IMG/VR virus record: IMGVR_UViG_3300044729_001198
Location: 122,632-186,631 of that record
Source: a virus
Reading direction: 5' to 3' (one strand)
Length of the DNA stretch: 64,000 nt
The position numbers and the translations under genes are program-made. A model generated the notes under the pieces. That model was not told the origin of the DNA, searched no databases, and was given only the letters and a program-made list of their open reading frames with translations. Positions 28,519-38,626 of the stretch are shown piece after piece; positions within the stretch are counted from its first letter, which is position 1; the number at the start of each line of letters is the position of its first letter.

Positions 28519-29535
28519 TTAAAATATATCAGACCAATCTTCACCCTCACCAGCCTTCGAATAATCGGTAGGTCGTAGAGCAAAAAAGTCGGTATGTGTT
28601 AAGCCGCCAGTCAAATGGTAAAACCATTCTAATTGTTCAGCTGATTCTTTATCATATTCAAAATAATCATCACCACCGGCAAATGGATTGTATCCAAGTT
28701 CAGCGAGTTTTTCATTTAGTCTCTGATTGATAAAGTTTTTTAGGTCGTCTTTTTTAAGATTTTCAAGGTCACCCATTTCAAACATCTTGTCGATGTAGTT
28801 GTGTTCTAATTTCTGAATTAAACGAGCAGCTTCATAAACTTTAGGTTTAACGGACTCTAATAATTCAGGATACTCATCACACATATGTCTGAATAGTTGA
28901 CATCCCATTTTTGAGTGTAACGATTCATCACGAACCGACCACTTCATTTGTTGACCAATACCTTTCAAAAGATTTCTCATTTGAAACGAATAAAGTACAG
29001 CAAATGATGAGTATAATGATACTCCTTCAGCAAAAGCGGAAAATACAGCCAAGGAACGAGCAACGTCTTCACGAGCTTCGGAATTCCATTTCAAGTCTTC
29101 GGGTGTATAATCAGCCGTTGTATTAATTAAAACTTCGAACTTTTCAGCAGTAGCAGATTCATGTAAGAACGCTTCAAAATCCTCAAGTCCGAGTGTTTCG
29201 TTTAAATACGAATAAGCCGTAGCATGAATGGTTTCTTGCGAACCAAACATCATAGCCATTTGTTTAATTTCATGTTTAGGAAACCATTTGGTAACCATAC
29301 CAGTCCAATAGTCAGATACAGCACACTCGGTTTGAGCAAATCCTAATAGGATATTACCAACCAAGTTTTTTTCCGAAACTGACAAATTTTCATTCCAATC
29401 TTTTACATCACCTTGCATCGGAATTTCCGTGTGCAACCAGAATGCTTGTGCTTGTTTCAACCAACCTTCAGTATAGTATTCAGTATACTCAAAGGGTTTA
29501 AATGGTATACGATTATCAAATAGCGCCATATACAA
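28519..29535 (-). CDS. nrdB: Ribonucleotide reductase class Ia beta subunit
   Basis: FW...E, E..H..AY, EG, RDESLH. Confidence 0.95.
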   Translation of the reverse strand: MYMALFDNRIPFKPFEYTEYYTEGWLKQAQAFWLHTEIPMQGDVKDWNENLSVSEKNLVGNILLGFAQTECAVSDYWTGMVTKWFPKHEIKQMAMMFGSQETIHATAYSYLNETLGLEDFEAFLHESATAEKFEVLINTTADYTPEDLKWNSEAREDVARSLAVFSAFAEGVSLYSSFAVLYSFQMRNLLKGIGQQMKWSVRDESLHSKMGCQLFRHMCDEYPELLESVKPKVYEAARLIQKLEHNYIDKMFEMGDLENLKKDDLKNFINQRLNEKLAELGYNPFAGGDDYFEYDKESAEQLEWFYHLTGGLTHTDFFALRPTDYSKAGEGEDWSDIF

Positions 29536-29587
29536 CTCTCCTTAAATTTTTGTTCATTTTTTCTAATTGGGTGATTATATATAGGTG

Positions 29588-30946
29588 TTAGAAATCCATC
29601 CCACCATTGATTTCTTTATATTTTTGTAACAATTCTTTTCTTACTAAACTCTCCCCACCTTTCATCTCTTTTTGTGTTTGTTTACCATCAATGGAAGCGT
29701 CATCAAATATCTGAATTTGACCATTTGAGAAGTTTGCTTTCGATGGGAAAGTCATACCATCAGGTCCAAACCGATTCTTAATAACGTGCCATCGACCAGT
29801 ACCACTTAACTTATCTTCAATCTTACGAGACAATGAAATTACAAAGTCAGCAGTCATCATTTTTGAGAATGAACCTGCGATTTTAGTACCTGTAATAATG
29901 TCATCTTCTGCCCCACTACGATTGATTTGAGATGCCGTGTAAATTGGGACTTCATATTCACCAGCCATACCACGGAGGTCTTCGATAATTTCTTCTAACT
30001 CTTCGTGTCGTTTTTCTTTGGACGGCCCTCTTAACAAATCAGCATAATCTACAATTACAACATCAGGACGCTTTCCTTGTAGAATCATTCTATCCAAGTG
30101 AGCTCTTAACGAGGTTACACTGGCAGTCTTGGTAGGGTAATACTTTACAATTAGGTCACCCTTTACGGACTTGACCATTTTGTCTACTTCCTCTCGGTTA
30201 AATTTTAGGTTAGCGACAGGTATGCCCGTTAAAACAGCATCATATCTTTGACCAACGTAACCTTCATTTAATTCCAATGTATAGTGGGCTACCGTCTTAC
30301 CTTGTTTCATAGCATTAACACCAATGTTAATTAATGACCAAGATTTACCAATTCCCGGAGGAGCAGCAAACATTACAAGTTCACCCTTACCAAAACCACC
30401 TTGTGTAACATCATCAATCACTTTCCAACCAGTAGATACCACGTTTCTAATTGTGTCTTCGTATCTAACATCAATCATTGTTTTGTAATCATGACCAATA
30501 TCTTGTGATTGACCTGATTTCATAGCATCATCAATCTTTTTCTTGATTGTATCGTATTTACCTTGTTCGAGTAATGATACTGAATCGAGAATAGCGTTCT
30601 TGATTGATTGATTTCTACAAAACTCTACCGATTGTTCTTTTACATAGTCTAAATCCTCGCTTTCAAGATTAGTCCAAGCGGATTTTAAAGTATCAACAAT
30701 TGAAGTCTTTAAAACATCACGTTCAACCGAATTAATCTTTACCTTCAGTACATCGAGGGTTGGTAACGTCTCATATGTGTCCATATAGGACATTATTTCC
30801 TTAACCAACCACTCCGATGCCTCTGAATCGAAATATTGTGGTTTAAGGATATCAAACACCTGTCTGGTAAAAACTCTATCACCAAGTAAGGATGATATAA
30901 CTTTTATCTGAAATGTGTTTGAGAACTTCGTTCCGAATTTTTCCAT
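29588..30946 (-). CDS. gp41: DnaB-like replicative helicase (T4 gp41-like)
   Basis: APPGIGKS, YTLE, IVDYAD, ASQINR, KNRFG. Confidence 0.92.
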   Translation of the reverse strand: MEKFGTKFSNTFQIKVISSLLGDRVFTRQVFDILKPQYFDSEASEWLVKEIMSYMDTYETLPTLDVLKVKINSVERDVLKTSIVDTLKSAWTNLESEDLDYVKEQSVEFCRNQSIKNAILDSVSLLEQGKYDTIKKKIDDAMKSGQSQDIGHDYKTMIDVRYEDTIRNVVSTGWKVIDDVTQGGFGKGELVMFAAPPGIGKSWSLINIGVNAMKQGKTVAHYTLELNEGYVGQRYDAVLTGIPVANLKFNREEVDKMVKSVKGDLIVKYYPTKTASVTSLRAHLDRMILQGKRPDVVIVDYADLLRGPSKEKRHEELEEIIEDLRGMAGEYEVPIYTASQINRSGAEDDIITGTKIAGSFSKMMTADFVISLSRKIEDKLSGTGRWHVIKNRFGPDGMTFPSKANFSNGQIQIFDDASIDGKQTQKEMKGGESLVRKELLQKYKEINGGMDF

Positions 30947-30950
30947 AAAC

Positions 30951-30981
30951 CAAATATACGAATTTATTTTCTATTATCAAA
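30951..30981 (-). promoter_or_regulatory. Bacteroidota-type promoter
   Basis: TTTG-N19-TATATTTG upstream of the helicase. Confidence 0.72.
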
Positions 30982-32019
30982 ATGATTTTTAAGATTTGTG
31001 TCCAAGCTTGTGAATGAATTTCTCAACCACGAGTCCACATTAGCAAATGCGGTGTACAATTTATCGTACATGAACATTTTCTTGAACTCAACTAAATCAA
31101 GAGCAGGTCTATGGTCATCCATAATGGCTCTAACATTTGATTTAATTGATGATGAGATTTCAGGGTCTCGTAACTGCATTAAGTCGTAATTTAAAGTTAT
31201 TGTATCTTTAGATTCTAACAATTTCTTTGATAACTTTTCATCACATTCAGTAGAACACCCATCCAAAAACCCATCCAGAGATAATTCTCCATTATTCAAG
31301 AATGTCATTTTTTGAGAAATGGTTTTTTCACCAATACCCTTAACTCCTGATATATTATCCGAAGCGTCTCCGGTTATAACCCTATAAAATACCAAGTTTT
31401 GAGGTATAACACCATACTCTTCTCGTACCAAAGCCTCATCATACATTTTTTTCTTGGTAGAAGCCCAGACGTTAATTCGTGGGTTTACCAATTGAAGAAA
31501 ATCTTTATCAGATGATACAATTGTTACTTTTTCTTTGAAGTAATGTACAGCAAGATATGCTATAATGTCATCTGCTTCAACGTGGTCTATGTAAGTTATA
31601 GTGATTGGTAGAACTTGTAGATATTCTATGAGTCTTGCAAATTGTTTTCTCATAGAGGCTGATTGGTCTTCTAAATCCTCATATCCAGCAAGTCTATTTA
31701 ACTTGGTCAAGCCAGTACGACCCTCTTTGTATTGTTTATAAACTGATTTTCTACGATTAGAACCACCTTTACCATCGAACACAATAACAACACGAGTTGG
31801 TTTAAGAGTTCGGATGGTAGCAGCGGTGGACAGTAAGAAACCTGTCACACCACCACAATGTTCACCATCATCATTTAAGGCAGGAACTGCACCAAAGACT
31901 CGAATGAACTGATTCAGTCCATCTATGATTAGAACTCTATCGTTTAACTCTTCAGTTTTTACTTCACTATGTTCCTTTTCTACTTCTTTGAGCAGTTCTT
32001 TATACCTATTAATCATCAA
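30964..32019 (-). CDS. 5'-3' exonuclease / flap endonuclease (T4 RNase H-like)
   Basis: IIDG, VFDG, YK..R, EADD, SSDKD, GD.SDNI.GV.GIG.KT. Confidence 0.92.
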   Translation of the reverse strand: MMINRYKELLKEVEKEHSEVKTEELNDRVLIIDGLNQFIRVFGAVPALNDDGEHCGGVTGFLLSTAATIRTLKPTRVVIVFDGKGGSNRRKSVYKQYKEGRTGLTKLNRLAGYEDLEDQSASMRKQFARLIEYLQVLPITITYIDHVEADDIIAYLAVHYFKEKVTIVSSDKDFLQLVNPRINVWASTKKKMYDEALVREEYGVIPQNLVFYRVITGDASDNISGVKGIGEKTISQKMTFLNNGELSLDGFLDGCSTECDEKLSKKLLESKDTITLNYDLMQLRDPEISSSIKSNVRAIMDDHRPALDLVEFKKMFMYDKLYTAFANVDSWLRNSFTSLDTNLKNHFDNRK

Positions 32020-33145
32020 AATCAGTTAATTCAACATTATCAATATTAGCTTCTTCACCTGCCTCTTTGTAAGACATAATGTATGTGTCACAAATTTGTT
32101 GGTAAATCGTCTCCTTTAACTCGGGGTCACTTGTAAGCGTTTCTTCAAAGTTTTTAGCTTGGAACTTAATTTCTTCACCTGTAATTTTGTTAACATAGGT
32201 GTACCAAGCCCCACTTTGATTTACAAGTTTGTAGGTCTTCATCATTTCCAACCAAGAACCATAATTATCAATACCACTATCAAAGTAGATATCATAATCA
32301 ACCGAACGTAGCGGTGGCCCCATTCGATTCTTGATAACTTGAGCACGAGTTTTGATACCAACAACTTGTTCTACACCACCAACTTTAGCTTTTAACTGGC
32401 CCATTTGTTTCAATCGAAGTCTACATGACGAGTGGAATGCAATTGCCTTACCACCACTTGTTGTCCATGGGTCACCAAACGAGACTCCCATACGAGTACG
32501 AAGTTGGTTTGTAAAGATTAATGAGATACGTTCACGGCCAATTAGGTTTGTGACTTTTCTCATAGCCTTTGAAATGATAATTGCCTTTTGAGTTGCATAA
32601 CCGGCTTGGTCATAGTCGGCTGAAATCTCAACCTTTGTAGAAGCACCAGCAACGGAGTCAACTACAATGGTAACCAACTTTTTCTTGTCACCATCAGCGG
32701 CTCTAACTGACTCGATAATTGAATCAATTGCTTCAAAGATGTCTTCAACGGTTTCCAATGGAACGTATAACATCTTACGAATGTCCACTCCAATTGCTTC
32801 AAGAAATTCTTGGTTTAGAGCATTTTCGGTGTCAATGTAAACACCCAACCCACCTTTACGTTGCGTATCAGCAATAGCATGAGCCGCAAGGAGTGATTTA
32901 CCACTACCTTCTAATCCTGTAATCTCGGTAATACGACCTACTGGCAAACCACCATGGGGTCTATTAGAGATAGCCAAGTCCAACATAGGAGAGCCGGTAG
33001 ACACCCACTCATCCAAATCGGTGGGTGTCTGTTCCGAGCCATCCAAGAAAAAAGCGACTTTGTGAGCCGATTTGAATTTCTTGTTTAGATTGGTAGCGAG
33101 GATTGACGATAGTTCATCACGAACTGAATCTTTCTTTCCTGCCAT
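32009..33145 (-). CDS. recA: RecA/UvsX recombinase
   Basis: GLEGSGKS, YIDTENA, IVVDSVA, FTNQLR, GGKA..F, KNR. Confidence 0.93.
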   Translation of the reverse strand: MAGKKDSVRDELSSILATNLNKKFKSAHKVAFFLDGSEQTPTDLDEWVSTGSPMLDLAISNRPHGGLPVGRITEITGLEGSGKSLLAAHAIADTQRKGGLGVYIDTENALNQEFLEAIGVDIRKMLYVPLETVEDIFEAIDSIIESVRAADGDKKKLVTIVVDSVAGASTKVEISADYDQAGYATQKAIIISKAMRKVTNLIGRERISLIFTNQLRTRMGVSFGDPWTTSGGKAIAFHSSCRLRLKQMGQLKAKVGGVEQVVGIKTRAQVIKNRMGPPLRSVDYDIYFDSGIDNYGSWLEMMKTYKLVNQSGAWYTYVNKITGEEIKFQAKNFEETLTSDPELKETIYQQICDTYIMSYKEAGEEANIDNVELTDFDD

Positions 33146-33148
33146 AAA

Positions 33149-33919
33149 TTAGTCGTTGAAAAGGTCGTCAAATGCTTCTTTTACACTGGCAGCACCACTT
33201 ACTGATTTAGGTGCTGATTCAGATTGTGTTGGTACTTCAGCAGCAGGTTCTGCTTCGTCAGCAACTTGACCAGTCTCTAACCATTGTTCAAGCATCTTAT
33301 TCATTTCTTCATAAGAAACTTTCTTAAACATTGTAGACAAGTCAATTTGGTCTTTACACAATTCAAGGATGTTTTTATCCTCTGAAACGGGAGTTGTGTT
33401 TGGTTTTACACGAATGTAAGTTTCTGGGTAAGATTTACCCACGTCAGCAGCCGACTTGAATTCTACAGTAATGTCACGGCCGGTCATAGGGTCGGTCAAA
33501 TCACCATAGTCAGGGTCAGCGAAGAATGCCAACAATTCTTGATAAACTTGTTTACCAAATCCCCAAAACTTAACACCTTCAGATTCTTCACCACGAACTA
33601 ATACAGGAACGTAAGTACGCATCTTTGGAGTCAATTTTTTAGAAAGATTCCAATCATCACGATTTCCGGTAGCCTTCAATTTTTCAGCAAACTCTACCAA
33701 TGGGTCAGCCCCACCATGAGAAATTGGAGATAGAACATTTTTACCACCAAAATCAAAATGGAAGTAAAGTTCAATAAAAGGGTTAGCGGGATTGTGGATG
33801 TAAGGAAGAATCCTAATTTGTTGTTTACCAGGTTGTGGTTTCCACAAGTTGTCAGTCTTTGTTACTTTGGTCTGAAGACTGTTCAGACGGTTTCGGATTG
33901 CATTTAAGTCAATAGCCAT
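33149..33919 (-). CDS. gp32: Single-stranded DNA-binding protein (gp32-like)
   Basis: LWKP, IRILP, KFWGFGK, DPMTGRD, acidic tail AFDDLFND. Confidence 0.8.
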   Translation of the reverse strand: MAIDLNAIRNRLNSLQTKVTKTDNLWKPQPGKQQIRILPYIHNPANPFIELYFHFDFGGKNVLSPISHGGADPLVEFAEKLKATGNRDDWNLSKKLTPKMRTYVPVLVRGEESEGVKFWGFGKQVYQELLAFFADPDYGDLTDPMTGRDITVEFKSAADVGKSYPETYIRVKPNTTPVSEDKNILELCKDQIDLSTMFKKVSYEEMNKMLEQWLETGQVADEAEPAAEVPTQSESAPKSVSGAASVKEAFDDLFND

Positions 33920-33958
33920 AATTTACCTTTTTTTATTTGTTAATTGTTAAACTTGTCA

Positions 33959-33990
33959 CTAATATACAACATTTGGGTGACAATTCCAAA
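33959..33990 (-). promoter_or_regulatory. Bacteroidota-type promoter
   Basis: TTTG-N20-TATATTAG upstream of ssb. Confidence 0.65.
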
Positions 33991-34030
33991 TGTATTTCAA
34001 AAAATATTTTTCAATGTTCAGTTTTTGTAG

Positions 34031-34060
34031 TACCTACTGGTATAATACCTACTGGTATAA
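34031..34060. repeat. Perfect 15-nt tandem duplication TACCTACTGGTATAA x2
   Basis: Read directly; intergenic. Confidence 0.9.
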
Positions 34061-34074
34061 ATATCAAGATACAG

Positions 34075-34464
34075 TTAATTAACGTCAATTATCCTGAATA
34101 AAGATGTCTTGAGTATCTTGTAACCATCACCATCGGTTAAAATTACAGCATTTCTATAATCATTCCAATGTATTTGGTAATCCTTGTCAACCATACCACC
34201 ATTCAATTGTGATATTAGTCTATTCAAAGCATTTATAGTATACATGGTGTTTGTTTCTTTTTTACGATGAACCATGATGGTATTTGGTAAAAATGAGTTT
34301 GTAGAAGTTGGCATGATGTTATAACTTACAACCAATTCCTTCGATGGGTCTAACTTCAGTATGAATATTTTTTTGCTAAACAACTCAAATGATGACTGAA
34401 TAGTATTGACCACATCTTCAAATGTGGATTCGTTTGTAAATGTACACAACAACTGCGTTCTCAC
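34075..34464 (-). CDS. Hypothetical phage protein
   Basis: Intact ORF (MRTQLLCTFT..., HRKK.TNT.YTINALN) in the gene train. Confidence 0.6.
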   Translation of the reverse strand: MRTQLLCTFTNESTFEDVVNTIQSSFELFSKKIFILKLDPSKELVVSYNIMPTSTNSFLPNTIMVHRKKETNTMYTINALNRLISQLNGGMVDKDYQIHWNDYRNAVILTDGDGYKILKTSLFRIIDVN

Positions 34465-34478
34465 TCATATCTCCCAAA

Positions 34479-36368
34479 TTATTTTGAATATACTTGTTTA
34501 TTAGCAGTTTCAAGTGTTTTAGCAAACCTCTTATCTAACTGCATTTCAAATTTTATCTGACCACCATATCCAACACCATCTTCACGAACAACAATTGTAG
34601 CCAAAGGAATTACCTTACCATCAAGGTCAGCTTTATAACCCAAATATGGTGGATTGCCATCTTCAGCAACTAACTTTTCTTTGATTTGTTCAAAGTCAGA
34701 CGTTCCAAATATTTTCTCCATGACTTTTTTATCAAGTGAGTTTGGACCAATAGCCATAGTCTCTTCACCATCTGAAACTGATTTTAGTGGGAACTCTTTT
34801 TTAATTTCTTCCAACATCCCAGCTTTCATTTTGGGATTGGTTACAATTGCTTTAACGGATTCGGCTTGGAACTTACGATGTGTCTCATCAACTTCTTTCA
34901 TGTAAGCTTTAGCATCAGCATTACCAGAATCAGCGAGAGCCTTAATACCCTCTAACACAACTTTCGACTTACCTCTACTACCACCACCCTTTGACAAATC
35001 AGATAAGGCTTCATTAAATGATATTTTTTTGGACTTCATCGTATCAACCAAAGATTTAACGGATGGGTCGTTTGAATCTATCAATTTTTGAATGTCATTT
35101 GAAAATTTAGAACCAACTTCAGTAAGACGTTTTCTTTGATTTGATGAGTATACCTTTTGGTTGATTTCGTCTGGCAAATTATCATCCCATTCGGAAAATT
35201 TACCAGCACCTGAATTCAAGAAGTTTACCATTGTAGATTTTTTCAATGAAACCTCATCTAAAATTTCGCTACCATCTTTTAATTTGATTTTAGCGTACAT
35301 ATCACTTGAAAACCCTTTGTTCTTATTGTAATTTTTCAAACCAAGAGCTTCTACCTCTTCTTTGGTATCCCATGATGTTGCTACAATTTCAGCACCCGGA
35401 TATTGTGAGCCAATTCGGTTTAATATAGCTTGCCTATTATTCTTTGCGGCTTGAATCCAACTCTTTGTAACAATACGACTACCTTCAGTTTTCATTCCAG
35501 GATTATTCTTAATCAGAGCCGTTTCATGTGCTGATAAAGCATCGGTCAACTTTGTAAACTCATCATTGGTCATTGATGTACCCATCATGGTCATCAATTC
35601 TCCAGCTTGAGCTGATATTTGTCCGGCTCCTCCAGGAATATCACTAAAGTGTGACCACTTTGTAGCATCACCAGTCGGTCTCGTATTCATCATACGTTCA
35701 AGAGCCTTCATATATCGTTTTGGGAATTTTGGATTAGAAACCAAATCTTCAGGAAGTTTGAATGCATCCGGTGGAGTTGGATTTGCTAATTTTGCGTTCT
35801 TTTTTGCAAAGTCATCATCGTTTGGAATCATGTCTTGACTAAATGCCTTCGATTCTAATGAATTTGTTTTTATTAAAGTCTTATCCTTACCAGAAATAAT
35901 ACGTTCTTCAGAAGCAGGTTCACCCTTTGGTTCATCCGCATCATCGGATGGGGTTGCCTTTTGCTTTGCCTTTTCAACATCATCTTTAGTAGCAGGGTCT
36001 TGTGTTTGTGGATTTAATTGTTTTACTTGATAAACCGAACCTGACTTTTTATTCTTTACCCAAGTTTCTTCATCGAGGTCTTGTTCTTCAGATTTCTCGT
36101 TGTACTTATCACGTTCAAGAGCTGTCATCATACCCAACTCGATTGTCTCAACATCTTTTTCACCAGCAGGTTCTTCTTTTTGAGCATCTTTGGGCAATCC
36201 ACCACCCTCTAATAGAGTTTTTACATACTCATCAGCAAACTCATAACCAAAACCTTCAGCCAAAACTTTATGCAATCCCATTAGTGAAGTTTCACTATAA
36301 GGGTTGGTCAAATCTATACCAACTTGAGACCACCATTTTCTGACTATTTTTTCGAACAATTTCTTCAT
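34479..36368 (-). CDS. Large late-expressed protein with possible PD-(D/E)XK motif
   Basis: 629 aa; SSDMY...EVSLKK; late motif immediately upstream. Confidence 0.5.
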   Translation of the reverse strand: MKKLFEKIVRKWWSQVGIDLTNPYSETSLMGLHKVLAEGFGYEFADEYVKTLLEGGGLPKDAQKEEPAGEKDVETIELGMMTALERDKYNEKSEEQDLDEETWVKNKKSGSVYQVKQLNPQTQDPATKDDVEKAKQKATPSDDADEPKGEPASEERIISGKDKTLIKTNSLESKAFSQDMIPNDDDFAKKNAKLANPTPPDAFKLPEDLVSNPKFPKRYMKALERMMNTRPTGDATKWSHFSDIPGGAGQISAQAGELMTMMGTSMTNDEFTKLTDALSAHETALIKNNPGMKTEGSRIVTKSWIQAAKNNRQAILNRIGSQYPGAEIVATSWDTKEEVEALGLKNYNKNKGFSSDMYAKIKLKDGSEILDEVSLKKSTMVNFLNSGAGKFSEWDDNLPDEINQKVYSSNQRKRLTEVGSKFSNDIQKLIDSNDPSVKSLVDTMKSKKISFNEALSDLSKGGGSRGKSKVVLEGIKALADSGNADAKAYMKEVDETHRKFQAESVKAIVTNPKMKAGMLEEIKKEFPLKSVSDGEETMAIGPNSLDKKVMEKIFGTSDFEQIKEKLVAEDGNPPYLGYKADLDGKVIPLATIVVREDGVGYGGQIKFEMQLDKRFAKTLETANKQVYSK

Positions 36369-36380
36369 AAATATAAATAT

Positions 36381-37607
36381 CTAAATACTTACCTTAACCA
36401 TATCTTTGTAATTATCACCAACTTCTACTTCAGTAGGATATCCACCAATTTCCATTATAGACTTAATTGATTTAATGTATTCAATACCATTATCAGGATG
36501 TACATCAAATAAAATTGAGTCATATGTGTATAGAACTGGCAAAGACCTCGACTCATGGAGTTTGGACAATTTGTCGATTATAATTATGTTTCTTTCAGTC
36601 TCAACCGATTGTAGAATATAGTTAAATAGTTTATTTTTGTTTAAATCATCAGACCATACAATTTTTCTATTTAATATAGGAGTCTCTACATAACCAATGG
36701 TTTTAAATTTACCCCACAAATATTCTATGTACTCTGATACTTTTTTGAAAAATGGAATGTGTATGTATTCTTCTTGAACACCCCCATATAATTGTCGGAA
36801 TGTAATTGCTTTTGCAGTAGAATCGTCAACTCCATACTGATTAGCCAACCACTTATGAGCTTTTATATCCAATGGTATATCCACGTCAATTAATTTACCA
36901 ATAAGTCTAATATGGTAACCATCAAAGTCTAACTGATATAGTTTACCATTTTCAAATCTTGATACAAATCTCTTACGAGTGTCACCATCCTTTTTGAGAG
37001 CAGCATAGTTAATACCACCAAATGCGTTGGATGGTCGTGATGTGGTTGTTAAGAAGTTGTAGTTTGTATATTCAATACCATCTACAGTATTTATACCATT
37101 TTTTTCAATATAGAACAAAGACTTTGGATATAGCTGTGCAAATCTTGAAGTCGCATTTTGAGACCACAAGTTTTTCCATTTTAAGAACTCCTCATAGTGT
37201 TTCCAAATAGGAATGAGGTCGTTTGCCCTTGGAGCTTGTCTACGTCTGAATATTGTATATATAACACCTTCGTCTACTTCATAATCTTTAGCCGAATGAA
37301 ACAATCCTGCCTCAAAGTCATATATATTAGAAGTATCACCTTTATAATGGTATAAAAAGTCTTTTAGTTTGTATACAAAGACTCGTTTGAACTCTGAAAA
37401 GTCTATATCATTTGAAACACATTCAGAGTCAATGTTGTGATAGTTTATAAACAAATCAATAACCCCATCCGATACCATGATTGATGATATACGCGTTTGA
37501 GCCGAATGTTTATTCAAACTTGATAATATGGGGTATACAAATATAGAATCCCTTGAAAGGGATTGAATACGTTTTGCCAATCGTTCGTTGGTGTCTACTA
37601 ACCTCAT
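36381..37607 (-). CDS. Family A DNA polymerase-like protein (compact)
   Basis: Motif A LDFDGYHIRL, motif B AKAITFRQLYG, NYILQS, motif C YTYDSILFD. Confidence 0.75.
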   Translation of the reverse strand: MRLVDTNERLAKRIQSLSRDSIFVYPILSSLNKHSAQTRISSIMVSDGVIDLFINYHNIDSECVSNDIDFSEFKRVFVYKLKDFLYHYKGDTSNIYDFEAGLFHSAKDYEVDEGVIYTIFRRRQAPRANDLIPIWKHYEEFLKWKNLWSQNATSRFAQLYPKSLFYIEKNGINTVDGIEYTNYNFLTTTSRPSNAFGGINYAALKKDGDTRKRFVSRFENGKLYQLDFDGYHIRLIGKLIDVDIPLDIKAHKWLANQYGVDDSTAKAITFRQLYGGVQEEYIHIPFFKKVSEYIEYLWGKFKTIGYVETPILNRKIVWSDDLNKNKLFNYILQSVETERNIIIIDKLSKLHESRSLPVLYTYDSILFDVHPDNGIEYIKSIKSIMEIGGYPTEVEVGDNYKDMVKVSI

Positions 37608-37613
37608 ATGTTA

Positions 37614-37644
37614 CAAATATACGAAAATTATTTCATATATCAAA
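37614..37644 (-). promoter_or_regulatory. Bacteroidota-type promoter
   Basis: TTTG-N19-TATATTTG upstream of the PolA-like gene. Confidence 0.72.
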
Positions 37645-37714
37645 GAGTATTCAAAAGTTCTTGATACTCTTCCCACTCGTCCGCTTGGACTTCGATATCT
37701 CTATATTCCCACAT
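37640..37714 (-). CDS. Putative 24-aa acidic microprotein
   Basis: MWEYRDIEVQADEWEEYQELLNTL*; fills the gap; AAGGT upstream. Confidence 0.35.
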   Translation of the reverse strand: MWEYRDIEVQADEWEEYQELLNTL

Positions 37715-37717
37715 ACC

Positions 37718-38035
37718 TTAATTGTAAACTTCATCAAGCACTTGTTCAAGTTCGGACATCAGACCCTCAACCACAAAGGGTTCACTAAACTCAACCTCAT
37801 GTGAGATGTACTCAAATCGTTCAGCAACCGTGTTTTGTTTTGCAATCAAACTTTTGATAGCAGTCAACAGGTGTTCTTGTGGGGCGTACATCATAGCATC
37901 GCTGTCAATGGGGAAGATAAAGTCAAAACCACCCTTGGGTTTCCAATAAGGAGTTTCACCAAAACCATCAGGCCCAACGTTGTAGTTTTCGTAATACTGA
38001 CAACTCACTCGTACATTAACTTCGTTATAATTCAT
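37718..38035 (-). CDS. Small hypothetical early protein
   Basis: Intact ORF in the early gene train. Confidence 0.6.
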   Translation of the reverse strand: MNYNEVNVRVSCQYYENYNVGPDGFGETPYWKPKGGFDFIFPIDSDAMMYAPQEHLLTAIKSLIAKQNTVAERFEYISHEVEFSEPFVVEGLMSELEQVLDEVYN

Positions 38036-38050
38036 ATTTTTTATTTTTTA

Positions 38051-38335
38051 TTATCCAATTACTTCCAACAAAGACATAGCCACATTATAAGAGTGACGAC
38101 CACTAATACTCACAACACTAGCGTTCTTTTGTTTAATATTACGAACGATGAACGTTTCAGTCGGATTAATCTTTGGGTGTTTAATTCGAACGTTATCACC
38201 CACCTTGAGTGAATGTTTCATCTGATAAGCCATCATCGATTGTTTTGACTTAATGACTTCGATTACAAGTCGGTTGAGGTTTTTGAGCTCCTCGATGCTC
38301 ATTCCGTTTAATTGATTATAGTTCATATCTCTCAT
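38051..38335 (-). CDS. Small early protein (KOW/SH3-like)
   Basis: LKVGDNVRI...; host-type promoter directly upstream. Confidence 0.55.
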   Translation of the reverse strand: MRDMNYNQLNGMSIEELKNLNRLVIEVIKSKQSMMAYQMKHSLKVGDNVRIKHPKINPTETFIVRNIKQKNASVVSISGRHSYNVAMSLLEVIG

Positions 38336-38354
38336 TGATTACAGAGTAAAGATA
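38323..38354. repeat. 32-nt exact repeat (second copy 39080-39111)
   Basis: tcatatctctcattgattacagagtaaagata at both sites. Confidence 0.9.
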
Positions 38355-38378
38355 CAATAAAGGTTTGACATATACAAG
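38347..38378 (-). promoter_or_regulatory. Early promoter
   Basis: CTTG-N20-TATCTTTA. Confidence 0.6.
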
Positions 38379-38398
38379 CCCCCAATGTTATCAAATTG

Positions 38399-38626
38399 TT
38401 AAATCTTGTTTTTGACCTTGTAAGAAAATAGGTATCCACAATCATCATCGTAGATGTCATCTTCTATTACAATGTAGTCCGATAGAATTTGCTCTAACCT
38501 TTCAAGGTCAGTTCTACGCCAGTATCCAAATCGTAGATAAAAGTCATTGTCTCCACCGATTACACGACCGGTGTTGAACTCACCCAATTCAGTTTGGATT
38601 TTATTTAAAATAGCTTCGCTTAACAT
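38399..38626 (-). CDS. Small hypothetical protein
   Basis: Intact ORF in the gene train. Confidence 0.55.
   Translation of the reverse strand: MLSEAILNKIQTELGEFNTGRVIGGDNDFYLRFGYWRRTDLERLEQILSDYIVIEDDIYDDDCGYLFSYKVKNKI

Noticed and set aside
17161-33145. Inteins or introns in PolB, RNR, helicase or RecA
   Set aside because: Lengths and motif spacing are normal; no splice-junction motifs seen.
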